DNA of 64,000 bases. Origin: Octopus bimaculoides. Taxonomy: Eukaryota. The notes under the pieces were generated by a model. That model was not told where the DNA came from and ran no database searches. It worked only from the letters and a program-made list of their open reading frames with translations. Position numbers and translations under genes: made by a program. The stretch lies in contig NC_068981.1 of the NCBI RefSeq assembly GCF_001194135.2, positions 78,788,085 to 78,852,084 of the forward strand, read 5' to 3'. Of the stretch, positions 37,851-49,050 are shown one piece after another. Positions within the stretch are counted from its first letter, which is position 1. Each line of letters begins with the position of its first letter.

Positions 37851-38252
37851 ACACATATACATATATAAATGAGTGTGTGTGTGTGTGTGTGTATGTGCGC
37901 GCGTATAAAATAAAAAGTAACAACAAAAGAACGAGACCTCGATATTAGAGAAATAGAGGATTATTTATATATGTTATAATTTAGAACAAACAGTAAAAGG
38001 CTGTCATTATAGTACTCCGAGTTTCAAATGTCGGAGTGAAGAGCTACGATACATTCTCGTCAGCTATTAATGCCAACAAACACTATGAAAAAAAAAACCA
38101 TTGAATAGAAGGGAAGTAATTCTAATAGGTGGAAAAAATATAAAAAATACATGCAACTCTATTCTCACAAAACATAGACATAAAACCTCCTGCATTTACA
38201 ACAGCTACATATGTATACACTCAAACAAACATGTATATGCACATACACACAC

Positions 38253-38418
38253 AAGGAGCAGGTGATGCAAAAATGCCATGTGAAGTGTATGATAGAAAAA
38301 TTCTGTGTCAATGAAATGTTGAAAGTAAGGTTATGCATAGAGGAAAAGAAATGTTTATCATTCTGTCTGAAATGCTATGATATTTCTTTTCTTGTGCTAG
38401 TGCTATGTAAAAGCACCA
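38253..38418. repeat. Right arm of 166-bp near-identical inverted repeat
   Basis: AAGGAGCAGGTGATGCAAAAATGCC...TTCTTGTGCTAGTGCTATGTAAAAGCACCA, the reverse complement of 36263-36428. Confidence 0.92.
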
Positions 38419-38424
38419 TGTATA

Positions 38425-38830
38425 CTCATGTATACTCTCTTTTACTTGTTTCAGTCATTTGACTGTGGCCATGCTGGAGCACCGCCTTTAGTCGAGCAAA
38501 TCAACCCCAGGACTTATTCTTTGTAAGCCTAGTACTTGTTCTACCGGTCTCTTTTGCCGAACCGCTAAGTTACAGGGACATTAACACACCTGCATCAGTT
38601 GCCAAGCGATGTTGTGGGGACAAACACAGACACACAAACATATATATATATACATATATACGACGGGCTTCTTTCAGTTTCCGTCTACCAAATCCACTCA
38701 CAAGGCTCTGGTCAGCCCGAGGCTATAGTAGAAGACACACTTGCCCAAGGTGCCACGCAGTGGGACTGAACCCAGAGCCATGTGGCTGGTAAGCAATCTA
38801 CTTACCACACAACCACTCCTACGCTTGTGT
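38425..38830 (-). mobile_element. Full-length tRNA/CORE-type SINE (non-RTE tail)
   Basis: Complete, well-preserved tail-hinge-head sequence. Confidence 0.93.
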
Positions 38831-39300
38831 ATATATAAATATATATATGTGTGTGTATGTATGCAACCTCATCCTCATACACATAGGTGCTTACATGCAT
38901 ACACATAACATAATACATATATATATTTAGACATTTATATGCATAAAATTAATGGAAGTTAAAACAAAAGGAAAGCTTGTGCAGGCACATAGTCGAGATG
39001 TGGATTCTAGCCATGACCTCGGGAGGCCCAAAACTGTAACAGGTATTTTGTGATATGTAGACATATATAAAGGATATGAGGGGTTTAGTTCACTGGTGAT
39101 CTAAACAAATAGGTAGGCTGAGTAAGTGCTATAAATGGTCATCCATTAAGTTCCAAGTTCACAGCTGAGGCTGGAACTAGGGATCCATACTAGGCTTCTG
39201 TAAGCAGGTATACATTAGAAGAAAAGGACATCAAAAACCAAGGCAGGATGAGTATCTCAAGTCATTTATAATAATTTAATTAGGGTAAGGTTAATTAGAA

Positions 39301-39377
39301 GTATTACAGCTGTTTCTGGGATATCCCAAGTGATAGGCTAGCATGTTCCGTACACTGGGTATACCGTCATCAGAGAC
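39301..39377 (-). ncRNA. Type I hammerhead motif with long stem II in inverted pLTR
   Basis: - strand GTCT-CTGATGA-[50 nt]-GAAA-CAGCT-GTA-ATAC. Stem I has one mismatch relative to the right-arm copy. Confidence 0.55.
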
Positions 39378-41343
39378 AAAGCGAGTACGTATGAAAGTTC
39401 TAGACAGGGAAATTCACAGTTTATAAGGAATAAAATAGAAGAATAAAGAGTGAAAGTAGATATAAGAATACAGACATGATATTGGGGTGAGAGGTCAAGC
39501 GTTAAAGGTTTTGGTAGAGAAGGAGGAGTGTCTACTGATCAAATAGGTTAGATGTAGTCAGTAGGGATAGCTAGAAATAGATGCCTAGCTTAAGGGGGGT
39601 GTATATGTAGGATAAAACTACAATTAAATGGATAACGGATACAAATTAAAGAATTATAATTTTAAAATTTAAAATTTTGGCTTAGCCAAAGCCTTTTTTC
39701 AAATAGTAGACTAACATCCCACGTAACCATAAGTACCATTCAATTTTCAAAAGATCTACTCTGAAATTATCCTACTCCTCGCCACCCAATATAGAATCTA
39801 TTGTTACTTCAACCAATAAGTGTAAATTTAATTCCTACTACCTAAATATAACCAGCGTAAACCAGGATGTGAACATCCCCACTTCCGAGTAAGGTCAGAG
39901 TACAGCTAAAAAGAATGTTAATACTAATAACACTACTGCTACTACTAATGCTAATAACTCTAATATGGCCAGTACTACTACTACTACTACTACTACCACA
40001 GCTACTACTACTAATAATAATAGTAATAATAATAATAATAGCGATAATAACGATATGAGCCAATCCCCTAATACCACCCTTAGTTTTAATTTGTCCATAA
40101 ATAGTACATCTTCCCTCTCTACAACTAACCTGCATAGGACAGATAACTGCAACTGCCGATCCAGGACTGAATGCCTGCTGCAAGCCCACTGCAAAAGGTT
40201 TAACGTAGTGTACCAATGCATTGCCCACGACATATAACATAATTGTATTAGCTACTACATCGGATCTACTATTAGTTTTGAACAGAGATATTCTGCACAT
40301 CTAAACTCGTTTAAATATGAAGAACATTGCAAATCCAGATCCCTAGCCAACCACCTGATAAATAGAAAAGTACTGTATAGGGTATGCTGGACCATAATGG
40401 TCTCTGGCATCCCATACCAAGGCCAGTGCTCCACATGTGGACTCTGCCTGAAGGAAGCCCTCCGCAATTACTCAAATAAACATGAAGCATTTTCTACATG
40501 TAAGCATAAGTTCCTTCACACCTTGAGATTCTTCCACAGATCCAAATGCAAGCAAAATAAACACACATAACCACCTAAATGCTTCCATGGTCATTACAAT
40601 ATACGTATGTTTTTCCTTTCCTTTCTTTTTCTTCTCTATCAACATAGGTACTTTAGAAGCCAGCTAGCTTTATTCCTTAAATTTTAACTTTTAAATTCTA
40701 AATTTTTAATTTAACTTCTAAATCTTAATTCTTTAATTTGTATTCCTTCTCTATTTAATTGTAGTTTTATTCTGTATATACCTCCTTAAGCTAGGCATCT
40801 ACTTTTAGCTATCCTGACTGACCACTGACCACACCTAACCTATTTAATCAAGACATAAATACCTTTCTCCTCCACTTCACCAAAACCTTTAAGGCCTGAC
40901 CTAAGAAGAATAATACTGTCACCTTATTTCTATCTTTATTCTTTTTATTCCTTATTTTTTATTTTGATTTTACTTTACTTTCAATCTCATTCATTCTCCA
41001 CCCCACCACACCTATCACATTCCTGTCTTTCTGTTTTCTCTCTTTCTCCTCTCTTCTATCCACTCACCCACAACCCACTTCTGTCTTTCTCACTCTATAT
41101 ACCCACGTGGACCATTTGCACACTAGTTAACCACTTCAACATGAATGCATCAATCAAAATTCTGCCTGGATTTACCTGGGATTAAGCATAAGGACCTATA
41201 CTTTTAGGAAAGTATGGACCATCCTCCATACCCTCTGAAAAAAGATGAACTGTGAACTTTTATTATTCTGTCTGTTTTCTTGTATCTACATTTATTCTTT
41301 ATAAACTGTGAATTTCCCTGTCTAGAACTTTCATACATACTTT

Positions 41344-41420
41344 GTCTCTGATGACGGTATACCCAGTGTACGGAACATGCTAGCCTATCACTTGGGATAT
41401 CCCAGAAACAGCTGTAAGAC
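41344..41420 (+). ncRNA. Type I hammerhead motif with long stem II in 3' pLTR
   Basis: GTCT-CTGATGA-CGGTATACCCAGTG..CACTTGGGATATCCCA-GAAA-CAGCT-GTA-AGAC. Stem I is GTCT/AGAC, stem III is the perfect palindrome ACAGCTGT, and the triplet is GUA. Confidence 0.65.
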
Positions 41421-41539
41421 TTCTAATTAACCTTACCCTAATTAAATTATTGTAAATGACTTGAGATACTCATCCTGCCTTGGTTTTTGATGTCCTTTTC
41501 CCTGATAGATCGCTGACCACTACATTTATATATTTTTTT

Positions 41540-41683
41540 TCCTTGTTTCTCTCCTTATTTCTTTCTGTGTTCCTTTCAGTTGAAGAGCGTAGCTCAAAAC
41601 GTCAAAGACTTTCTCTATTCCCGAGCGTTAAACTTGTTTACACCACCTGTCTTCGTCTGTTGCTTTTTTTTTTCGTAAATTCT

Positions 41684-41690
<7 letters not shown>
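41540..41690 (+). mobile_element. Third copy of hammerhead-variant short repeat (degenerate motif at 41572-41608)
   Basis: CCTTT-CAGTTGA-A-GAGCGTAGCTC-AAAAC-GTC-AAAGA plus the shared downstream TTCCCGAGCGTTAAAC..ACACCACCTGTC..CGTAAATTCTCC, followed by (TA)n. Confidence 0.8.
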
Positions 41691-41734
<44 letters not shown>

Positions 41735-41764
41735 GTGTGTGTGTGTGTGTGTGTGTGTAAAATC

Positions 41765-41915
41765 AACAGGCTTCTTTCGGTTTCTACAAACTCTACTCAT
41801 AAGGCTTTGGTCAGTCCCAGAGCTATAGTAAATGACACCACAAATGCTAAGCTGCCTGACTGAACCCAGAACCATGTGGTTGGGAGGCAAATTTCTTACA
41901 AGACAGCCACGCCTG
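41765..41915 (-). mobile_element. SINE head fragment
   Basis: GGCTTCTTTCGGTTTCTAC..AACCATGTGGTTGGGAGGCAAATTTCTTACAAGACAGCCACGCCT. Confidence 0.8.
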
Positions 41916-42399
41916 TGAGCAATAATACTGTATCAACATAAAATTAAATCAATGAATCAGTATTTATATTACAACCTTTGAAAGCTTAGCTTCCTTTGCT
42001 ATTGTTAAGAATTACATTTGAAGATGGGGATGGGTGTATAAAGAAAGAAAACCGTGCTATCACCCTCAGTAAATTTATGATAGATATTTTTCTACACGCA
42101 ACATACAGAATACCAGTTCAAATAGACTGAAAGAAATGAAGGCTATTCGTAAAGACAGTTATTCCTAATAACTAATTTTATCTCACCAACACCTCATTTC
42201 CTAAACTCGGGTCCACTAATTTTCTAATTTCTTCTCGTCTCTTCGCTTCTTACCAAATGACAATGAGCTTCTTTCTTAACCAATGGACAGCACCGAAGCA
42301 AAAGTTAATCAAAACAGCTCCATCCACTCATCTTCATGCAATTCCTCACCTACTCCAGACAACATTATTTCAAGAAATAAGGTGCCCCTGATAAACATT

Positions 42400-45300
42400 T
42401 ATCCAATACTTTATTTTAAACAATAAAATACGATTTGAGGAAGATTCGGTTGTTATTTCTCGAAGGTCGAAAGACCACGTAGAGGCTCCTTCTACTTGCG
42501 GCTAAACAACGAGCAGCTACACGGCCGTTCGAACAGCTATAAGTAGAAGCAAAATACCTCTCAACTACACTGCACTATCTTAAGAAGAAGGGAAGCACAC
42601 GCCAAACAAGGTAGACATAGCCTATATCTATAATATATATATATAAAGACCGGAAAGAGAGATCTAAGGTTAAACAGCAACATTACTTCTTACTCAGCCA
42701 CTCGAACGTCTAACATTATTAGCAGCTAAATTTCCTTCAAATCACACCCCTAAAAGCACTGTGTGTGTGTGTGTGTGGTTGGGGGGGGGGCAGTATGGTT
42801 ACGAATGGAAGGCTTAATCAGCGCTAAACAATAGCGTTTCTCCTTCCAATGTTCCTACACTAAATAAGAAGATAGAATAGCTAATTGTGTGAGAGGCACC
42901 AGGACATCTGATCTTAAGCTGATACCTAACTACAGGTGTTTTGTACACCAGAAAAAGTCTTAATTCTACTTAGGTTTAACTAGCCGAACAATAAGCACCA
43001 AAGTTTCTAATCATCAACTCGAGCACTATCCAAAACTGAATTAGTCTCTTAATTACTTAATACTACGGAAACGGGGGATGCGTACAGCGTCCTGTGGCGC
43101 CAAAACATCCGATTGATGATATTAACCTTTGACATTCCATTCTTTACTGACTGCATGTTTTAACCTATGGCTATTTGCAGTTATAACCCTCAAAGTATTC
43201 CTAGATTTAACAGTAAAAACACAAAGAATTCACAAATCAGCAATAAGTTATTAATTTTGGGGTTCAAACCCAGCAGGGGGTCAGCTTAATTTTCAATCTG
43301 CCAGGGTCGATATAATAAGCGTAGGACTTGTGTCAATTCATAGAACCTTGTAGTTTTTGTAGTCCGTATTTCGAAGAAACTGATGAAGGAACGTGTGTAT
43401 GCACGTGTTTTTTTGTTTTTTTTTAAGCAAAACGATTAACTTAATTTACTTTCTTTCAAACAAGCCATTGAAATGCCGTCACATACCTACCTAAATGTAA
43501 TTAATTTTACTTTCAGTTTTTCTACATTACAAACCTTTCAATTTCATAAAGCTATTTATGTCCATCGTCAAATAAAAATAAGACAGTCGAAAGGAGGAAA
43601 GTATAATAAAACTCTACTAATATAAAAATAAATGTTACAGAACTATATAAGTAGATAGCTAGGACTACACTGCTGCTGTCTAGTTCATATGGAGTTTGAA
43701 ACTCACGGGATGCAACTTTAAAAGGAAACCTAAACATTTGTTTTAGAAAAGCGACACCTCAACAATTAGGTCAAAGAACGAAAGAAAGAATAAGAGGGAA
43801 AACAAAAGATCCCGGAGTATGAAGAGGAGGGGAGAGAGAGAGCTAACATGTAATTAGTGCGATGTTAATTAGACCAGTTGTTGAACACAATCACAGTAAG
43901 AAAAACGTTTCATTTGGAAATACGAGTAGAGATTGAACAAATAATAATTTCAGATCGCCTCGCCTGTTTATAAAACAAACGTTCTCACACAAAACATTCA
44001 ATTTTCTCCGGCCTTTCTTTAACCATAATGGAAGGGGAGAATCATACACAAAAGACACAACAGTTACACAACACTACCGATATTTTACTTTAAACTTCAG
44101 CATGTTTTTGCTAATGACTTCTGAAAATAATGATATACATGTGTTTTATATATATTGGCTAAACTGGCAATATGACCATCCCCAAGTACAACAATATATA
44201 TATATATANNNNNNNNNNNNNNNNNNNNNNNNNNNNNNNNNNNNNNNNNNNNNNNNNNTATATATAGAAGCACATACGTTTATGTAAATTTCTATATATG
44301 CCAGCGTGTAAAAATCCGCAAATGTATGTTTAATTATGTACTATTGTTTAGCTTCTTGTCAGCCCCGACTGGAGCAGATCTAAAAGCAAAGGCGTTCCAA
44401 CCATGACAATCGCATTTTTTTTTGTATATCCAAGACATTATCCAATGTCATTCCTTTCATAAGACAGTAGTGTGTAATTTCAGTGAATCTGACTGCTATT
44501 TCTAGCATGCTAAGCATAGCGGCTCTGTCGTTGGCTCGTTCGATTGCTTTTGTTTATATTCGTATATATGTGAGGTGTATGTATATTTGTATATTTTCGT
44601 GTCCGTGTGTCCATACATATATAGATGCATAAATACATACACACATACGTATAAGTGAATGTGTACGTGAAAGTAACTGAATATGATATATACTCACACA
44701 GTTGTTTGGCGAAAAACATTAGTAATAAAAATCCTAGTTTTGCTAAACCAAAAATCCAAGCCGAGCATATAAATCCGGAAATTTATCGATGACAAGTGCG
44801 TTGTGCGTATGAGAAAGAGCGAGAGAGAGAGAAGAGAGAGGGGTTATGTGTGCGTGTATGAGAGTGTATGTTTATACAACTTGTTTACAGTGACTACATT
44901 GCATAGTGTGGAGATGGAGATGGAGATCTCTTGATGGTGGCGCTGGCGATGCAAACCTACGAAGTCACTGGATATTATTTGTCTTTTAACACAGGAAGCT
45001 TCACGAATTTCTAGTTGGTTTGTTCACCGACCGATCCTGTCAAATTAATAACTGTTTTGAAAAACTCGAACTGGAATATTACCCGAATAACATATTCTAC
45101 GTATTTTTTTTTTTTTTAATCTTTTTCTTGTTGCCTTTAGCACCGATAATAGTGTGTGGACTTAGGGTAAAGTAGGGAGGAAGACAAGGGTCAAAGTGAT
45201 GGTTAGAGGAGAAGAAATTGCGTGAGTAGCAGTGAGCGGGACGTGGACCCAGGAAGATGGCATAGGAACTTTTGAAACAATAGAAAGGATTCACAATGAT

Positions 45301-46300
45301 AATTATAACGACAAAACTACAATCAATAATAATAACTTGCATAGATACAAAGCCACTGATTTATAAAGTGAGATGTAATTGGGATTATGTGACGTTCATG
45401 CCTTTCTAAAAAAGCTTTAGTGATTGATATTAAAGTTGTTAATGATATAAAACGAAATGGCTACAACCGGGGGGGGGGGGANNNNNNNNNNNNNNNNNNN
45501 NNNNNNNNNNNNNNNNNNNNNNNNNNNNNNNNNNNNNNNNNNNNNNNNAAGTAGTGTAAATATTTTTTCACAATGCCTAACATTTTTGACGGGATAAAAA
45601 ATTGGATTCTAAGGTGTTCATGCCTTTTAGAAAGACATCAGTGGCATAATTTACGGACGAAAAAAAGAGGAAGACGAAGAAAATACAAAGAAAAGAAAAA
45701 ATTAAGAACAAGCAGCAGCTGAAATAGTCAACGCAGTTACTAAACAGAAAATGAAAAAGAAAATCTTAACTGCAGTAAAGTATAAAAAAATATAATGGAT
45801 AAGGTCATTTGCTTTAAATTAATAGTTTTTCAAATGATTAATCAGTAATAATACAATGTGTAATGCTAAACATATATTTGCCACAAGGAAAAAATATGCA
45901 AACACGACAAATATTCGGTACCGCACAACAGAATAACACGATAACATAGCCTGTGTTTAGGTAGGTATATGTGTGTGTGTACATACATAACAATATAAAG
46001 TGAGGAAACTCGGAGTAGCAACCAAGTAAATCATTAGCTTCAAGTTAATAAAATTCTACATATATTATTTTTCAATTGCTTGTACTCCCAAACGTGTAGG
46101 TATGTGAGTGTATGATATTCCATGAGTAAAGCCCTCGAAAGCACACCCCAATGAGAGAATGATGATCTTGTCTTTTTCAACAGCAAAACCCCTCAAGCCC
46201 TACTCGTATCAAGAAAACACCATAGCACCTTACCCTCTTTAAACATAAGCAACGGGAGCCCTCTCAATCGCTCTAAATGTTAGTTTCACAATCACAGAGG
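42400..46300. promoter_or_regulatory. CpG-retaining zone, putative unmethylated promoter region
   Basis: CpG is visibly frequent (for example 5 in 42481-42540) against near-absence in most of the window. TATAAAT at 44768, CCGGAA at 44775 and TATCGAT at 44784 cluster together. Boundaries are approximate. Confidence 0.45.
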
Positions 46301-46856
46301 AGCTCTCCTGACAAAAAGCAAACACATAAAATAGACAGAGCCTTTATTCCAAATAATTTACCTTCCGATAATTAAGGACACTCTACAAAGCTCAAGTAAG
46401 ACCCATAACAACAGAGTATTATTCCTACACTTGGGATATTGATATTGCTGCACACACACACACACACACACATCTAAGAGCATGTCCAGGATAAGGCCAC
46501 TGACTAACAAAATCACTCGAAGACACACTCCAGCCTCTTAGCACACAAGTGTATTATCTCATCTCTTTACTTTTTCTACTGCGACTATAATGGCCTCTCC
46601 TCCTTGGAGCTGGCTCCTCCTGACTTATTCATCACACCTCCTCTCATTACCCATGTTGTGTCAAGCTAGCCCCACCCTAAGCAACACACCCAGTCGCAAT
46701 CTTAACATCACCCAATCAGAAACCCCCTCCTTGCTCATACCTTTCCTGCAGGTTTCAGCTTGCAACAGCTTAAGAAGAATGTTGAAGAGCACGAATGTCA
46801 CTAGTCTCAGGAGGGCCACACCATTACTCCACTCTCTAGAAGTCAATAAATAAATG
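46150..46856 (+). mobile_element. Decayed CR1/L2/Jockey-group LINE 3' portion
   Basis: FNSKTPQALLVSRK..LPSLNISNGSPL and TLYKAQVRPITTEYYSYTW (LYK..VRP.LEY.S..W). Ends in AATAAATAAA. Confidence 0.55.
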
Positions 46857-47315
46857 ACTATTCCAGTTGTCTGATCAACTGAGTTATCAACTCACTGAAT
46901 CATGATACATGTTGCACAGTACTTTCTAAACATGCATATCCTGACTCTAATCCTTGATCCAGAATCAGTGTACATAGTGGCTAGCCCTTGGAAATAGAAT
47001 GTATAGTCTGTTTGATGAACTTTCAATACAGTTTTTATCTACTTAATTATGCTCATAGGGCTTGGGTCAACACAAGACTACAGTATAAGACATTCACCTA
47101 AGATACCACACAGTAGAATTAAACCTGGAACCACTTAATAGCTCAGCCAATAAATACTCTGAATTTTTTGAAATTCTTCTGAATGATATTTGGACCTACT
47201 TCCATTTATTGATGTCTGATTGCTGGATATAGTTAACCAAATTTATTTAAAACTGAGTGCTTTATTGATGTCTGCCTGGATTTTTAATCTCATTTTTTCT
47301 TCTAATCATATATAT

Positions 47316-47783
47316 GAAGATAACATGGACGCTGCTCAGGTTCGAAAGATTGACCGTTGTGTAAACCTCCTCGAGGAATGTGAAGACGCAGGCTGGAAAG
47401 TGGAGCATTTTCCAATCAAAGTCGGATGAAGAGGATTTGTTGGACACAGTATGGGACGACTTGTTATCATTAGGCCTAACTCATCGAAAAGTAAATATCA
47501 CCATGACCGATATCCAAACTACAGTGGAGAAGGCCAGCCACTGGATTTCGTTAAAAAGAGACGATGAGCGATGGCTAGAAGAATATTGAGCTTTATTTGA
47601 TAACCAGATGATCTAGTGAATGTGGCCACATGTCAGTGGTGGGGGGGCAGTGTGCATTGATGCCGTCAAGAAGTAGGCCCCGAAACGGCACACATTCTCT
47701 TCTGATGACCCCATAGACTTGCTGGCTTCCGGTATGCAGAACTTTCAACTGGTAGCACTTGCATGTACAAGTTGTTTGCAAAA
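47316..47783 (+). mobile_element. 5'-truncated HERO-type (restriction-like endonuclease) non-LTR retrotransposon 3' end with UTR
   Basis: EDNMDAAQVRKIDRCVNLLEECEDAGWKVEHFPIKVG*RGFVGHS, then a frameshift, then LLSLGL..IQTTVEKASHWISLKRDDERW. Flanked on both sides by CATATATAT. Confidence 0.75.
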
Positions 47784-47965
47784 CATATATATATTGCTTA
47801 GGCACTGCAAGATTCATAACCTGGTGCAGAACTTGATATACATATGTTTCAGAACAAAGTGTTAGACGAGTGTAGAGCAGTAATAAGAAAAAGTGATGAC
47901 TTCATTAAAAGATACAGCTAATGAAGTTCATAACATAACTAGCATTTTTCCTGTGTCATCTCTCC

Positions 47966-48004
<39 letters not shown>

Positions 48005-48559
48005 GCCTGCATGCATACATACACACATAAAGAAGAGAAAAAAATATTCAACATAAGTAGTAGAGTACTTTCATTTGCTCAGGACTAATAATTCACTTTG
48101 TCACTTACTCTGGGTTTCTCACATGTATTAATGTTTGAATTAATTTAAGCAACAAAGACAGCAAATGCATACAAGTGAAAAATTTAATGTGGAGGTAGAG
48201 TGAATCATCAGCTTTAAACAAATACATGTGTACATTCATGTGTGTGTAAATAGACACATATATTCAGCTCATAGTCAATGTATCAGATACAGATGTGCAT
48301 ATTTAAACTATTCTTTTTTTTTTTTGCAGACAGGTATAGGAGTGACAATATANNNNNNNNNNNNNNNNNNNNNNNNNNNNNNNNNNNNNNNNNNNNNNNN
48401 NNNNNNNNNNNNNNNNNNNNNNNNNNNNNNNNNNNNNNNNNNNNNNNNNNNNTATATATATCTGCTGTTGTCACACTCTAGCTCTGTATCCGATACATTC
48501 ATCCAAGTTGTACAACTCAATTTGGTTTCAGTTATAACATACTACCAACCAAAAGATGT

Positions 48560-49050
48560 AAATCTTTGTATGACATATTACAGATAACCTTAACCCATCT
48601 GAAGTGGAAATCAGATATATCCACTCAAAATTTCATTACACTTAATGTGGAAAGCAGTTTTAAATACCAATGTCTTATGTCGAGGAATATCATGTTTGAA
48701 ACTATTTTTTTGTTGAGACATGTTGAGTTTATTGAAGCAAATCGACTTGCAGAAAATACCAATTCTATTTTTGATAGATATTTAACATCATTACTGGAAT
48801 AACGAGGAAATTTAATCTCACAGTTAAAAGGTTACGTCAAAAATAAAGAACACAGTGAATAACTTCAACCATTAAAACAAGATGTACTCTATCTGAAGGA
48901 CATCATTCTCAAAGACACTCCAAAGCATAACTGAAGGAAAGCAGAATTGCTTTTTAGAAAAGTGCATGGTCCTTCACATGCAACAAGTTGAGATACTATT
49001 ATACTTGAGAGATACTGGAATCACATTTTTGCCCCTTATTCATGATAACA
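48560..49050 (+). pseudogene. Possible decayed hAT (Charlie/ZBED5-like) transposase fragment
   Basis: CLMSRNIMFETIFLLRHVEF resembles WLSRG..L.R.FELR.E. It is followed by LFLIDI/GNLISQL-like segments. Many disruptions. Confidence 0.35.

Larger units (their letters stand above)
39221..41500 (+). mobile_element. 5'-truncated Penelope-like element (Neptune-type) with inverted 5' pLTR
   Basis: A single frame at 39710-40570 (two internal TAA, at 39890 and 40235) gives NHKYHSIFKRSTLKLSYSSPPNIESIV (RT thumb), CNCRSRTECLLQAHC (Cys linker), VVY..YIG..QRY.AH (GIY-YIG) and CSTCGLCLKE. Flanked by inverted repeats 39221-39690 and 40655-41500. Confidence 0.9.

Noticed and set aside
39842-40300. Minus-strand hydrophobic ORFs that look like membrane proteins
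   Set aside because: They are antisense translations of the trinucleotide tracts in the Penelope element.
47650-47693. GTGTGC-ATTGATG...GAAACG-GCACAC hammerhead look-alike in the HERO 3' UTR
   Set aside because: It lacks a proper CUGANGA, a convincing stem II and the UH cleavage triplet. At most it is a UTR hairpin.
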